64,000 nucleotides of DNA from Patescibacteria group bacterium. Its GTDB lineage: Bacteria; Patescibacteriota; Patescibacteriia; JAXHNJ01. This document shows positions 47,857-56,943 of this stretch, in pieces (position 1 is the stretch's first letter; every line of letters starts with the position of its first letter). Position numbers and translations under genes: made by a program. The DNA lies in NCBI GenBank assembly GCA_034520665.1, contig JAXHNJ010000001.1, positions 322,579-386,578 on the forward strand, written 5' to 3'. The notes beneath the pieces are model-generated. The model ran no database searches, was not told where the DNA came from, and worked only from the letters and a program-made list of their open reading frames with translations.

Positions 47857-49266
47857 TTAGGCAGAAATATAATCGATGGCTTCACCAGTAGGATGAACCT
47901 GGACGGCTCTATCAGTAGTCCAGATTATATTAGACCATTTATAACCCATGGCCTGGAATATTTCATAGGAGGGGATAGGTCTTTTTTGACCGTCAGCTAC
48001 TAAGTAAATACCGTTGGAGTTAGGCGAAGCAATTAACTCGCCGTCACGAAACTTAACATCACGGCCCTTTGGATACGAGTCAATTTCAGACTGGTCAGCC
48101 TGTGTCCAACGGCGACGGGGAAAACGGGATTCTAAAATTTCTGGGGAGTGGATGGGATACTTGACGCCATTTTCAATGTAGTAAATGCCGCCGGTTTGCC
48201 TGGATTGCAGTAAGACACCGGTAGGATAAGCTTGGTCCAAGGTAATTTTCGCTCCCTCTTCATAAGCTTCTAGCTCTGACCACTCCACTTTTATTAATTC
48301 TTCGGGGCTGTAGCCAAGGGTTTGAAAAACTTCCTTAGAAGTAATAGCTCTTTTTTGGCCGTTGATCAATATATAAACCCCGCCATGAGGAGCCTGGAGC
48401 AGACTGTATTCAGCAAATTTAATGGGAGCGCCGTATTCATAAGCTTGTATTTCATTTAAAGAAACCTCCACCACCTTGTCTATATCATAGGAAAAAATAA
48501 AAGCTGATTTAGAAACGAAATTATAACGTTTGTTGTTTCTAATTAGCCAAATACCGGGTTCTCCTTTGACACGAACTAATGAACCATTAGGATAATGTTT
48601 TAAAAACCATCTTGACCAAATCTGCCAAAAAGAATAATTTCCGTCCACGTGAGGAGTGTAGGTATATAAAACAGCGGTGGCGTTATTTTCCGGCGTGACC
48701 GGAACATAGATGTAGTCGCCCTGGGCCCGGCCGCAACCGCGACTACAGTCAACCGTCTTGGTAATGCCCGGGGCCCAGCCAGAAATTGTAGTACCGCCAC
48801 TTTCCAAGCCGCCTAAATAAGCCTGTGAGCGAATACGCTTGGCGGCGTTATAGACTTGATTATAAAAACCTTTGTACTGCTGAATACCAGGATCATTATA
48901 AGTACAACCATCACAAACGCCATAACCCATGGCCCAGTCTAGTCTGGTTTGAGAAGGACTGGCCATAGTAATTAAACTTTGCTCTTTTTGGAGAGTAGTT
49001 AAAAGATAGCGCGGACTAATACTAAATTCAGCCGCTACTTCATAAATAATACGAGCCGCTGTTTTCATAAGGCCGTTTACATTTAAACTATAAGAGCCTA
49101 AATAGCCTCCTTTTTGAGCCAAAAATTCTTGAATACGGCTTTGAGACATATTTAAACCCGTTAAATCGTCATCTGATATAATACGATTTTTATTAAAAGA
49201 ATAGGCTAAAGAAGAGAGAGGAATAATAAAGAATGAAATTAATAATGTGGCAAGTATTTTTTTCAT
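47857..49266 (-). CDS. Secreted protein with a possible lysozyme-like domain and four ~60-aa C-terminal repeats
   Basis: Signal peptide, LQKEQSL/AMGYG/YTYTPH block, four G.L..IY.I.NG.K..I.S repeats. Confidence 0.6.
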   Translation of the reverse strand: MKKILATLLISFFIIPLSSLAYSFNKNRIISDDDLTGLNMSQSRIQEFLAQKGGYLGSYSLNVNGLMKTAARIIYEVAAEFSISPRYLLTTLQKEQSLITMASPSQTRLDWAMGYGVCDGCTYNDPGIQQYKGFYNQVYNAAKRIRSQAYLGGLESGGTTISGWAPGITKTVDCSRGCGRAQGDYIYVPVTPENNATAVLYTYTPHVDGNYSFWQIWSRWFLKHYPNGSLVRVKGEPGIWLIRNNKRYNFVSKSAFIFSYDIDKVVEVSLNEIQAYEYGAPIKFAEYSLLQAPHGGVYILINGQKRAITSKEVFQTLGYSPEELIKVEWSELEAYEEGAKITLDQAYPTGVLLQSRQTGGIYYIENGVKYPIHSPEILESRFPRRRWTQADQSEIDSYPKGRDVKFRDGELIASPNSNGIYLVADGQKRPIPSYEIFQAMGYKWSNIIWTTDRAVQVHPTGEAIDYISA

Positions 49267-49271
49267 ATTTT

Positions 49272-50288
49272 TTATTTATTTATTAAATTAATTTTTTGCT
49301 GACATTTTGGACATTGACCCTTTTTATCATATCTTTTTATATTATAACCGATTCTTTCAATAATTAAAGAGCCACATTTTGGACAATAAGTATTTTCAAA
49401 CTTATCTCCGGGTACATTGCCTAAATAAACATATTTTAGACCCTTTTTCTGGGCTATATCATAAGCTTGATAAAGTGTTTTTAGTGGTGTATCCGGCAGG
49501 TGATCTAGTTTATGAGAAATAGCTCCGGAAAATCTTGAGATATGCCAGGGAGTTTCTTCTCCTAATTCTGTTTTAATAAAATCAGCTATTTTTTCAAACA
49601 TTTCTTTTTGGTCAGAAAGAGTCGGTATGGCTAAGGTGGTAATCTCCAGCCAAAGGCCCATTTTTTTGATAGTTTTTAAATTTTCTAAAATTGGTTCAGG
49701 TTTACCATGGCAGTATTTTTTATATTTATTATTATCAAAAAATTTTAAATCAATATTAATGGCGTCAAGAAAGGGCTTGGCTATTTTTAAACAATCTTTA
49801 GTCATAAAACCGTTAGAAACAAAAACATTTTTCAGTCCTTTATTATGAGCTAGTTTCATAGTTTCCAAGGCGTACTCAAAAAATATAGTTGGTTCAGTGT
49901 AAGTATAGGCAATAGACTGGCAGTCATTTTCAAGTGCCTCCTGAACAATTTTCTTTGGCGGTAAGTCCTGGCCAAAAATTTCTTTGTTTAGTCTTGGAGC
50001 TTGCGATATTTGCCAGTTTTGGCAATTAGCACACCTAAAATTACACCCTAAAGTACCAAATGAGAGAGCCAAGGTTCCGGGCAGAAAATGGAAAAAAGGC
50101 TTTTTTTCAATCGGGTCAATATTTTCGCTAATAGCCTTGCCATAAACCAAAGAGTATAGTTCTCCCTCTCTGTTTTCTCTAACACCACAAAGTCCTCTTT
50201 TTTTAGGTAAAATCAGGCAGTGATGATTACACAGCTGGCATTTTACCTTATTATCTGGCTTTTTTTTATAGAGTAAAGCTTTTTTCAT
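49272..50288 (-). CDS. amrS: AmmeMemoRadiSam system radical SAM enzyme
   Basis: DPIEKKP, CNFRCANC, YTEP, YVYLGN, C-terminal CxxC pairs. Confidence 0.95.
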   Translation of the reverse strand: MKKALLYKKKPDNKVKCQLCNHHCLILPKKRGLCGVRENREGELYSLVYGKAISENIDPIEKKPFFHFLPGTLALSFGTLGCNFRCANCQNWQISQAPRLNKEIFGQDLPPKKIVQEALENDCQSIAYTYTEPTIFFEYALETMKLAHNKGLKNVFVSNGFMTKDCLKIAKPFLDAINIDLKFFDNNKYKKYCHGKPEPILENLKTIKKMGLWLEITTLAIPTLSDQKEMFEKIADFIKTELGEETPWHISRFSGAISHKLDHLPDTPLKTLYQAYDIAQKKGLKYVYLGNVPGDKFENTYCPKCGSLIIERIGYNIKRYDKKGQCPKCQQKINLINK

Positions 50289-50552
50289 ACCTCTATTATT
50301 ATAACACTTTTAAAAAATGTATTACAGCTTTTATTAACTAAATTTATTTTTATCTGTTTAGTCTAATTTTTATCTTAAAAAAAGCGTTATATTCACCTAG
50401 TCGTTTATTATATCTTGCTATGTGATTTGCTTATTTAATCATTTATTATATTAAAAAAGTTTTAAATTAATTATTAATAAGATATAAAAAATTTGTTAAA
50501 ATTGTTTTTTTTATTATAATTAAATTACTATTATTTATTAATTTATAACAAT

Positions 50553-52421
50553 ATGAAAATGAGGAAAAAAAACCAGGACGAGTTCGAGAACTACAAGCTG
50601 GAAGTAGCGGAGTCTGTAAACGCAGTTCAAGAAAAAATCAGAGAGGAAAAGGAGAATCGCGAGTATGTCGATTTTGATAGCTACCCATCAGAAGAGCTAA
50701 GGAGGGAGGTAACGGAAGTCGTACGGGAATCCGTAGGCGTTCAGGATATTGGAAAACTAAAATTATCAGTGCCGCCAGCTCATATATCCGGCGATTTTGC
50801 TTTGAAGGTTTTTGATCTAGCGAAGAAGTTAGGAGAAAAACCGAATGTACTTGCAAAGAAAATCGTCGATGGCATAAACGAACATAAAATGGCTTTGATT
50901 AAGAATGCTTCTGTCGCAGGAAATTTTGTGAATCTGGAGACACATAAAGAGGTTCTTTATCGCGATATTTTTGCAAAAGTTCTTGAACTGGAGGATCGTT
51001 ATGGGGAGAGTGATGTCAACGCTGGAAAAGTAGCTCTTATTGATTATTCCGCGCCGAATATTGCAAAGCCAATGGGTGTTGGTCATCTGAGATCTACTAT
51101 CATCGGACAAGCTCTTTCCAATATTTACCACGAAACTGGTTATAGCGTAATCAAAGATAACCATCTTGGTGATTGGGGTACGCAGTTTGGATCTCTCATT
51201 TATGCCTATAAAGAATGGGGCGATGAGAAAAAGATAGCTAAAAATCCAGTCGGAGAGCTTAAAGATCTTTATGTTAAATTCCACCAGTTTTCTGAAGTGC
51301 ATCCAGAAATCAAAGATAAAGCTCGCGAGTTGTTTACACGACTTGAGAAAAAAGATCCGGAATTAGTTGCTCTTTGGAAACGTTTCAGGGATTTGAGTCT
51401 GAAGGATTTCGAGCGTGTTTACAAACAACTAGGAATTGAATTTGACACCAATATTGGCGAGAGTTATTTTACTGAGCAGGCGGATAAATTGGTAAGCGAA
51501 TGCATGACAAAGGGTTTGTGTAGAAAGGATGAAGCATCAGAAGCTGTGGTCGTGGATCAAATGGGAGAAATTCCCTCCTTTCTGTTAAGAAAGCAAGATG
51601 GGTCAAGTATCTATTTGTCAAGAGATTTGGCTACGCTTCTGTTCAGAGTCAACACTTTTAAACCAAGTACCATTTTGTATGTGGTGGGTAATGAGCAAGA
51701 TCTGAACTTCAAACAACTGTTTGAACTTGGCAAGCGTGCTGAATATCTCCCTGATGATGTAGAGACAAAGCATATCGGATTCGGGATGGTTTTGAGTGAT
51801 GGCAAAAAGATGTCTACCCGGAAGGGTACACAAATTGAGCTAGAAGATTTGATTGCACGGTCTGTGGAAAAGTCAAAGGAGATATTACTTAAAAAGAAAG
51901 CAGATGTAGATTCCAAAGAATTGGAGAGGGTATCTGAGATAATTGGCATCGGAGCAATTATTTACAATGATCTACATCAGTCCAGATTAAAAAATATTTC
52001 TTTTAACTGGGATAAGATGCTTGATATGGAGAGCGGAAGCGCAGTTTATCTTCAGTACTCATATGTTCGAATCAATTCAATTCTAAGGAAGCTAACTAAA
52101 ACTTATGGCGAAATTGATTTGAGCACGTTGGAAAAGGAAAAAATTTCTTTCACAAACAAGAGTGAGTTTGATATTGCGAAGAAATTGATGATGTTTCCTG
52201 AGACTGTGTTAATATCTCAGCAAACGGATTCTCCTCATAAGATATGCGTGTACTTGGAGGAACTGGCTCAGCTTTTCAACAGTTTCTACAATGAGGTGTC
52301 AATTTTCAGGACTAAAGATGTGAAGCTCCGTGAATCAAGAATAGCTCTGAGCAAAGGCGTGGCCGCGGTGATTAAAAAGGGTTTATCCTTGTTAAGTATC
52401 AAGGTTCCAGAGAAGATGTAA
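50553..52421 (+). CDS. argS: Arginine--tRNA ligase
   Basis: DYSAPNIAKPMGVGHLRST, GDWGTQFG, KMSTRKG, YLQYSYVR. Confidence 0.96.
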   Translation: MKMRKKNQDEFENYKLEVAESVNAVQEKIREEKENREYVDFDSYPSEELRREVTEVVRESVGVQDIGKLKLSVPPAHISGDFALKVFDLAKKLGEKPNVLAKKIVDGINEHKMALIKNASVAGNFVNLETHKEVLYRDIFAKVLELEDRYGESDVNAGKVALIDYSAPNIAKPMGVGHLRSTIIGQALSNIYHETGYSVIKDNHLGDWGTQFGSLIYAYKEWGDEKKIAKNPVGELKDLYVKFHQFSEVHPEIKDKARELFTRLEKKDPELVALWKRFRDLSLKDFERVYKQLGIEFDTNIGESYFTEQADKLVSECMTKGLCRKDEASEAVVVDQMGEIPSFLLRKQDGSSIYLSRDLATLLFRVNTFKPSTILYVVGNEQDLNFKQLFELGKRAEYLPDDVETKHIGFGMVLSDGKKMSTRKGTQIELEDLIARSVEKSKEILLKKKADVDSKELERVSEIIGIGAIIYNDLHQSRLKNISFNWDKMLDMESGSAVYLQYSYVRINSILRKLTKTYGEIDLSTLEKEKISFTNKSEFDIAKKLMMFPETVLISQQTDSPHKICVYLEELAQLFNSFYNEVSIFRTKDVKLRESRIALSKGVAAVIKKGLSLLSIKVPEKM

Positions 52422-52528
52422 TTGTACGTTTACCGACAACGTGAGTGCCCTTAACAATGGCAGAAGAGCATGCCATCTTCGAAGGGTAGTTGTTTTTCTA
52501 TGTTGAAAATTCGAAAGGAGGACGAATC

Positions 52529-52912
52529 ATGTCTGTCGTTTCACGTATCATTAGGGAAAACACCTACGAAGTATCAGACGGGACAGATACGTTGATTTAC
52601 GCACCGTTGAAGAACCTAATCGTGAAAAAGTGGCTAAAAAATATATCCGAGATGGCCTCAAAGGATGTGAGACTGTTGCTAAATATATTAATAGAGATAT
52701 TTTTAAAGAAGGAAAGACATTTAGATTATATATTGGACCAAGTTGACAAATTAGAAGACTTAGAAGATAAAAAGTATTTAGCTAGAAAAGTGCTTGAAAA
52801 CAATGATCAATTAATTTTAATAAATGAAAGACCTGTTGAATCGGATCCAGAAAAGTTTGGTTTAAGCAAGAAAGAATTTAAAAAATTAAAAAAAGAAGCG
52901 AGAAATAAATAA
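52529..52912 (+). CDS. Hypothetical protein, possibly chimeric or truncated
   Basis: AAAGGAGG SD before ATG 52529. Composition shifts to AT-rich around 52680. Confidence 0.45.
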   Translation: MSVVSRIIRENTYEVSDGTDTLIYAPLKNLIVKKWLKNISEMASKDVRLLLNILIEIFLKKERHLDYILDQVDKLEDLEDKKYLARKVLENNDQLILINERPVESDPEKFGLSKKEFKKLKKEARNK

Positions 52913-52930
52913 TATTACTCATAAATATAT

Positions 52931-52957
52931 AAAAAATCCCTGAATATGGGATTTTTT
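52931..52957 (+). terminator. Intrinsic terminator
   Basis: aaaaaatccc/gggatttttt hairpin. Confidence 0.6.
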
Positions 52958-53014
52958 ATTTTAAAAATAATACGATTAATTTACAAATAGCCCTAAATTT
53001 GTTATAATCTAATT

Positions 53015-53557
53015 ATGAAAAACCGGTTGTTTATTGGTTTTGACTTATCAGAGCCTTTGAAAAAGAGAATATCAAATTTGATAAAATCTTTAAAAAATAA
53101 ATGGCCGGATTTAAAATATGTTAAAAAGGAAAATCTTCATCTGACTTTAATTTTTCTAGGACAGATTTCTGATCAAGATCTTTGGCAAACAATTGAAACC
53201 ATTCAAGCTGTAAGCAGAGATTTTTATCCTCTGAGTATTGAAAGTAGGGGAGTAGAACTTTTTCCTACTTTAAAAAAGCCAAAAATTATATCATTAAGTA
53301 TTAAAGAAAAAAGTAAACTAAATGAGTTAAAAAGGAAAATTAACGATCAATTAGCCTTTTTGAATATTGCCAGGCGGGAAAATAGAATTTTTAGACCACA
53401 TATTACTTTAGCTAGAATCAAAAAAAATAATAATAAACCAGATCTAAAAAATACTTTCCTAAATTTTGAAGAGAGATTTAATAAAATAGATATTTTTGAA
53501 AGCCGCTTAACCAAGCAAGGATTAGTTTATAATATAATACAGAGTATTAAATTATGA
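53015..53557 (+). CDS. thpR: RNA 2',3'-cyclic phosphodiesterase (2'-5' RNA ligase family)
   Basis: RLFIG, HLTL, PHITLAR (two HxT motifs). Confidence 0.92.
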   Translation: MKNRLFIGFDLSEPLKKRISNLIKSLKNKWPDLKYVKKENLHLTLIFLGQISDQDLWQTIETIQAVSRDFYPLSIESRGVELFPTLKKPKIISLSIKEKSKLNELKRKINDQLAFLNIARRENRIFRPHITLARIKKNNNKPDLKNTFLNFEERFNKIDIFESRLTKQGLVYNIIQSIKL

Positions 53558-54294
53558 AAAATATAAAAATATTAGGAGTCAAAGTAACTAATATAGGTTT
53601 AAGAGAGTTAAGAGAAAAAATAAAAGAATACTTAAATTCAAACAAACAGCGTTTTTTAACCACGGTTAATCCGGAAATAATTTTAAAGGCTCATAAAAAT
53701 GAAGATTATAAGAAAATATTAAATAAGGCCTCACTCTCGCTGCCGGATGGCTTTGGTTTAGTTTTAGCCAGTCGTTTTAAGGGACAAAAAATAAAAAAAA
53801 GAATTACTGGAAATGATCTAATCGAAATTATTTGTGCTCAGGCTGAAAAAGAAAGTAAGACTGTCTATTTATTGGGTGGAAGAAAGGATGTGCCAGCTCA
53901 AGCTAGTTATCAATTAAAAGAGAAATATCCGGATCTTGAGATAGTTGGCTTTGATAACAGCCGTATTTATAGTGAACGTATTTTTTCAAGAGGAATATTA
54001 AAAAAAATTATTCATGCCAAACCGGATATTTTACTGGTAGCTTTAGGCGCTCCTAAGCAGGAAAAATGGATAGCTAGACATTTACGGAAAATGATTAGTG
54101 TTAAAATTGCAGTTGGGGTCGGCGGGGCTTTTGACTTTTTAGCTGGTCAGATTAAAAGAGCTCCAAATTTTATGCAAAAGATGGGTTTAGAATGGCTCTG
54201 GCGGCTTTTTTGGCAGCCCTGGCGCCTATTTCGTATTTTTAACGCTGTTTTTCGCTTTTCTTGGGTAGTTATTAAAAATAAAAAAAATGAATAA
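53554..54294 (+). CDS. WecB/TagA/CpsF family glycosyltransferase
   Basis: TVNPE, PDG, ALGAPKQE, GVGGAFD, GLEWLWRL. Confidence 0.93.
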   Translation: MKNIKILGVKVTNIGLRELREKIKEYLNSNKQRFLTTVNPEIILKAHKNEDYKKILNKASLSLPDGFGLVLASRFKGQKIKKRITGNDLIEIICAQAEKESKTVYLLGGRKDVPAQASYQLKEKYPDLEIVGFDNSRIYSERIFSRGILKKIIHAKPDILLVALGAPKQEKWIARHLRKMISVKIAVGVGGAFDFLAGQIKRAPNFMQKMGLEWLWRLFWQPWRLFRIFNAVFRFSWVVIKNKKNE

Positions 54295-55423
54295 AAAATA
54301 TTTTTATGCTTTAGCTACTTACACTGGCACTATAGTTGGGGCTGGTATCTTTGGTCTGCCTTACGTGGCTTCAAGAGCCGGTTTAACCGTGATGATAATT
54401 TATTTACTGATTATAGCTTTTATGTCCCTGTCAGCGGCCTTGTTGTTTGGCCAGGTTATTTCAGCTACTCATGGCCATCATCGCTTGCCTGGTTATGTGG
54501 CTAAGTATATGGGCAATAAATGGCGCCATATTGCTTTTTTCACCACAGTGATTGGTCTAACTGGGGTTTTACTTACTTATATTATTCTGGGGGGAGAATT
54601 TTTACACGGTATTTTTAATCCTTTAATTGGCGGTTCAATTTTAGTTTATACTCTGGCTTATTTTGCCTTGGGAGCTTATTTAATTTTTCGCCAGGCTAAA
54701 GTAGTGGCCCGAATTGAAATTATCATGCTGGTTTTTATAGTTTTAATGGTTATTATTTTTTTAATTTTTGGCTGGCCCGAAGTTAATTTAAATAATATTA
54801 AATTAAGCGGCAATAATATATTTTTGCCTTTTGGTGTGCTTATTTTTTCCCTCTGGGGCCTGTCGGTTATGCCGGAAGTAGTTGATATGATGGAGGGTGA
54901 GCAGAAAAAAGTGAAAAGTATTGTTCCGACCGGAATATTAATAGCAGTTTTAATATATTTTGTTTTTATAATTTTAGTCTGGGGTATTTCTGGCGGAAAT
55001 ATATCAACCGAGGCCATTCCCGGGCTTTCAGTGGCTTTAGGCCGTAAGATATTACTCTTTGGCTATATTTTTGGCTTTTTAGCCACCTTTACTTCCTTTA
55101 TTAGTATTGGTATGGTAGTAAAGAAGATTTATTGGTATGACTATCGTGTGCCTAGAAATTATGCTTGGTTTTTTGCTCTCTTTATTCCCTTGGCTCTTTA
55201 TCTATTGGGAATGAAAGACTTTATTGAGGTTATTGGTATTACCGGGGCTTTTGCTTTAGGCTTAGAGGGTATTATTATACTTTTACTTTGTTTAAAAACT
55301 CGTAAAAAATGCCCCAAAAAAGCGGCTTATCAATATAAACTACCCACCTTTGTCAAAGTCTTATTTATATTACTTTTTGCTACTGGTGTAGCTTTTCAGA
55401 TTATTAATTTAATTAAGAAATGA
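54287..55423 (+). CDS. Amino acid permease (aromatic/HAAAP-like)
   Basis: GTIVGAGIFGLP, about 11 TMs, ATFTSF. Confidence 0.8.
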   Translation: MNKKYFYALATYTGTIVGAGIFGLPYVASRAGLTVMIIYLLIIAFMSLSAALLFGQVISATHGHHRLPGYVAKYMGNKWRHIAFFTTVIGLTGVLLTYIILGGEFLHGIFNPLIGGSILVYTLAYFALGAYLIFRQAKVVARIEIIMLVFIVLMVIIFLIFGWPEVNLNNIKLSGNNIFLPFGVLIFSLWGLSVMPEVVDMMEGEQKKVKSIVPTGILIAVLIYFVFIILVWGISGGNISTEAIPGLSVALGRKILLFGYIFGFLATFTSFISIGMVVKKIYWYDYRVPRNYAWFFALFIPLALYLLGMKDFIEVIGITGAFALGLEGIIILLLCLKTRKKCPKKAAYQYKLPTFVKVLFILLFATGVAFQIINLIKK

Positions 55424-56877
55424 TTTTAGAAAATAATAAAGAAAAAATAAAGGTCCGCTTTGCTCCTAGTCCGACCGGCGATCCGCATGTGGGTGGCATT
55501 AGAACGGCTCTTTTTAACTGGCTTTTAGCCCGCAAAGAAAAAGGCCAATTTATTTTACGTATTGAGGATACTGATCAGGAGAGGTATCAGGCTGACAGTG
55601 TGGAAAATATTAAGAAAAGTTTAGAGTGGCTCGGTTTAAACTGGGACGAGGGGCCTTATTTCCAATCAAAGCGTACCGAAAAATACCAGCAAGCGGCTCA
55701 GGAACTGATTAGTAAAGAAAAAGCTTATTATTGTTTTTGTTCTAAGCAAAGATTAGAGAAACTAAGAATCAGACAGGCTGAAAATAAAAAACCGCCCAAG
55801 TATGATAAACATTGTTTAAAATTATCACCGGACGAAATTAAAGAGAAAATTAACCAGGGTGAAAAATATGTTATCCGGTTAAAAATACCCGAGAAGGGGA
55901 CTACTGAATTTAAAGACTCAATCCGGGGGCGGGTAAAATTTGAAAACCAGGTTTTGGATGACACTATATTACTCAAGTCAGACGGCTTTCCCACTTATCA
56001 TCTAGCTAATGTAATTGATGATCATGACATGGGTATTACTCATGTCATCCGGGCTGAGGAATGGCTGCCCTCAACGCCTAAACACATTCTTTTATACCAG
56101 GCTTTAGGTTTTGAACCGCCCTGGTTTGCCCACTTGCCTTTGATCTTGGGTCGGGATAATAAGAAACTATCCAAGCGCCATGGCAGTGTTTCTATTTTAC
56201 AATATAAAGAAGACGGATATTTACCAGCGGCTATTCTTAATTTTCTAGCTTTTTTAGGTTGGAACCCAAAGACCGAAAAAGAATTTTTCTCAAGATCAGA
56301 ATTAATTGAAGCCTTTTCCCTGAATGGAGTTAATAAGTCCGGCGCTATTTTTAATCTGGATAAACTTAACTGGCTAAACGGTTATTATATCAGACAGATG
56401 GATCCGCAAGAATTAAAAAGAGTAGGGGAGCCCTTTTTAAAAAAAGAGTTTAAACAAATAGCTAATGAAAAAAATATTGACTTGGTCAAACTTTGGGAAA
56501 TGTCAGCCGATAGAATTAATACTCTCAAAGAAATAAATAAGCTTTGTGATTTTGTGTTTGAGCCAAAAGATTATTTGCCGGAGATTTTAATTCCCAGAAA
56601 ATCAAATAAAACCCAAGCTATAAAAAATCTTAAACTGGTAGAAAGTAAATTAAAAGATCTCTCCGAAAAAGATTTTAAAGCCGATTATTTAAGAGATTTA
56701 TTTTTAAATTATATAAAAGAAAATAATCTTAATACTGGTGAATTGCTTTGGCCTTTTCGGGTGGCTTTGTCCGGCAAAAGAGCCTCGCCAGATGTTTTTG
56801 ATATGTCTGAGCTTTTGGGTAAGGAATTGGTTTTAAAAAAAATAGATATGGCTATGGATAAGCTGAATATTCTCTAG
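55420..56877 (+). CDS. gltX: Glutamate--tRNA ligase
   Basis: RFAPSPTG.PHVG, LRIEDTD, PTYHLANVIDD, KLSKR. Confidence 0.97.
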   Translation: MILENNKEKIKVRFAPSPTGDPHVGGIRTALFNWLLARKEKGQFILRIEDTDQERYQADSVENIKKSLEWLGLNWDEGPYFQSKRTEKYQQAAQELISKEKAYYCFCSKQRLEKLRIRQAENKKPPKYDKHCLKLSPDEIKEKINQGEKYVIRLKIPEKGTTEFKDSIRGRVKFENQVLDDTILLKSDGFPTYHLANVIDDHDMGITHVIRAEEWLPSTPKHILLYQALGFEPPWFAHLPLILGRDNKKLSKRHGSVSILQYKEDGYLPAAILNFLAFLGWNPKTEKEFFSRSELIEAFSLNGVNKSGAIFNLDKLNWLNGYYIRQMDPQELKRVGEPFLKKEFKQIANEKNIDLVKLWEMSADRINTLKEINKLCDFVFEPKDYLPEILIPRKSNKTQAIKNLKLVESKLKDLSEKDFKADYLRDLFLNYIKENNLNTGELLWPFRVALSGKRASPDVFDMSELLGKELVLKKIDMAMDKLNIL

Positions 56878-56943
56878 GTTTTGATTTGTTATTTTATAAG
56901 TAAAGTTATTTGTCAAAAAAGCAAAAATTTGCTATAATTATAA

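Noticed and set aside
50290-50552. Replication origin in the AT-rich gap
   Set aside because: No DnaA-box cluster and no dnaA/dnaN nearby. Explained as a divergent promoter region or island border.
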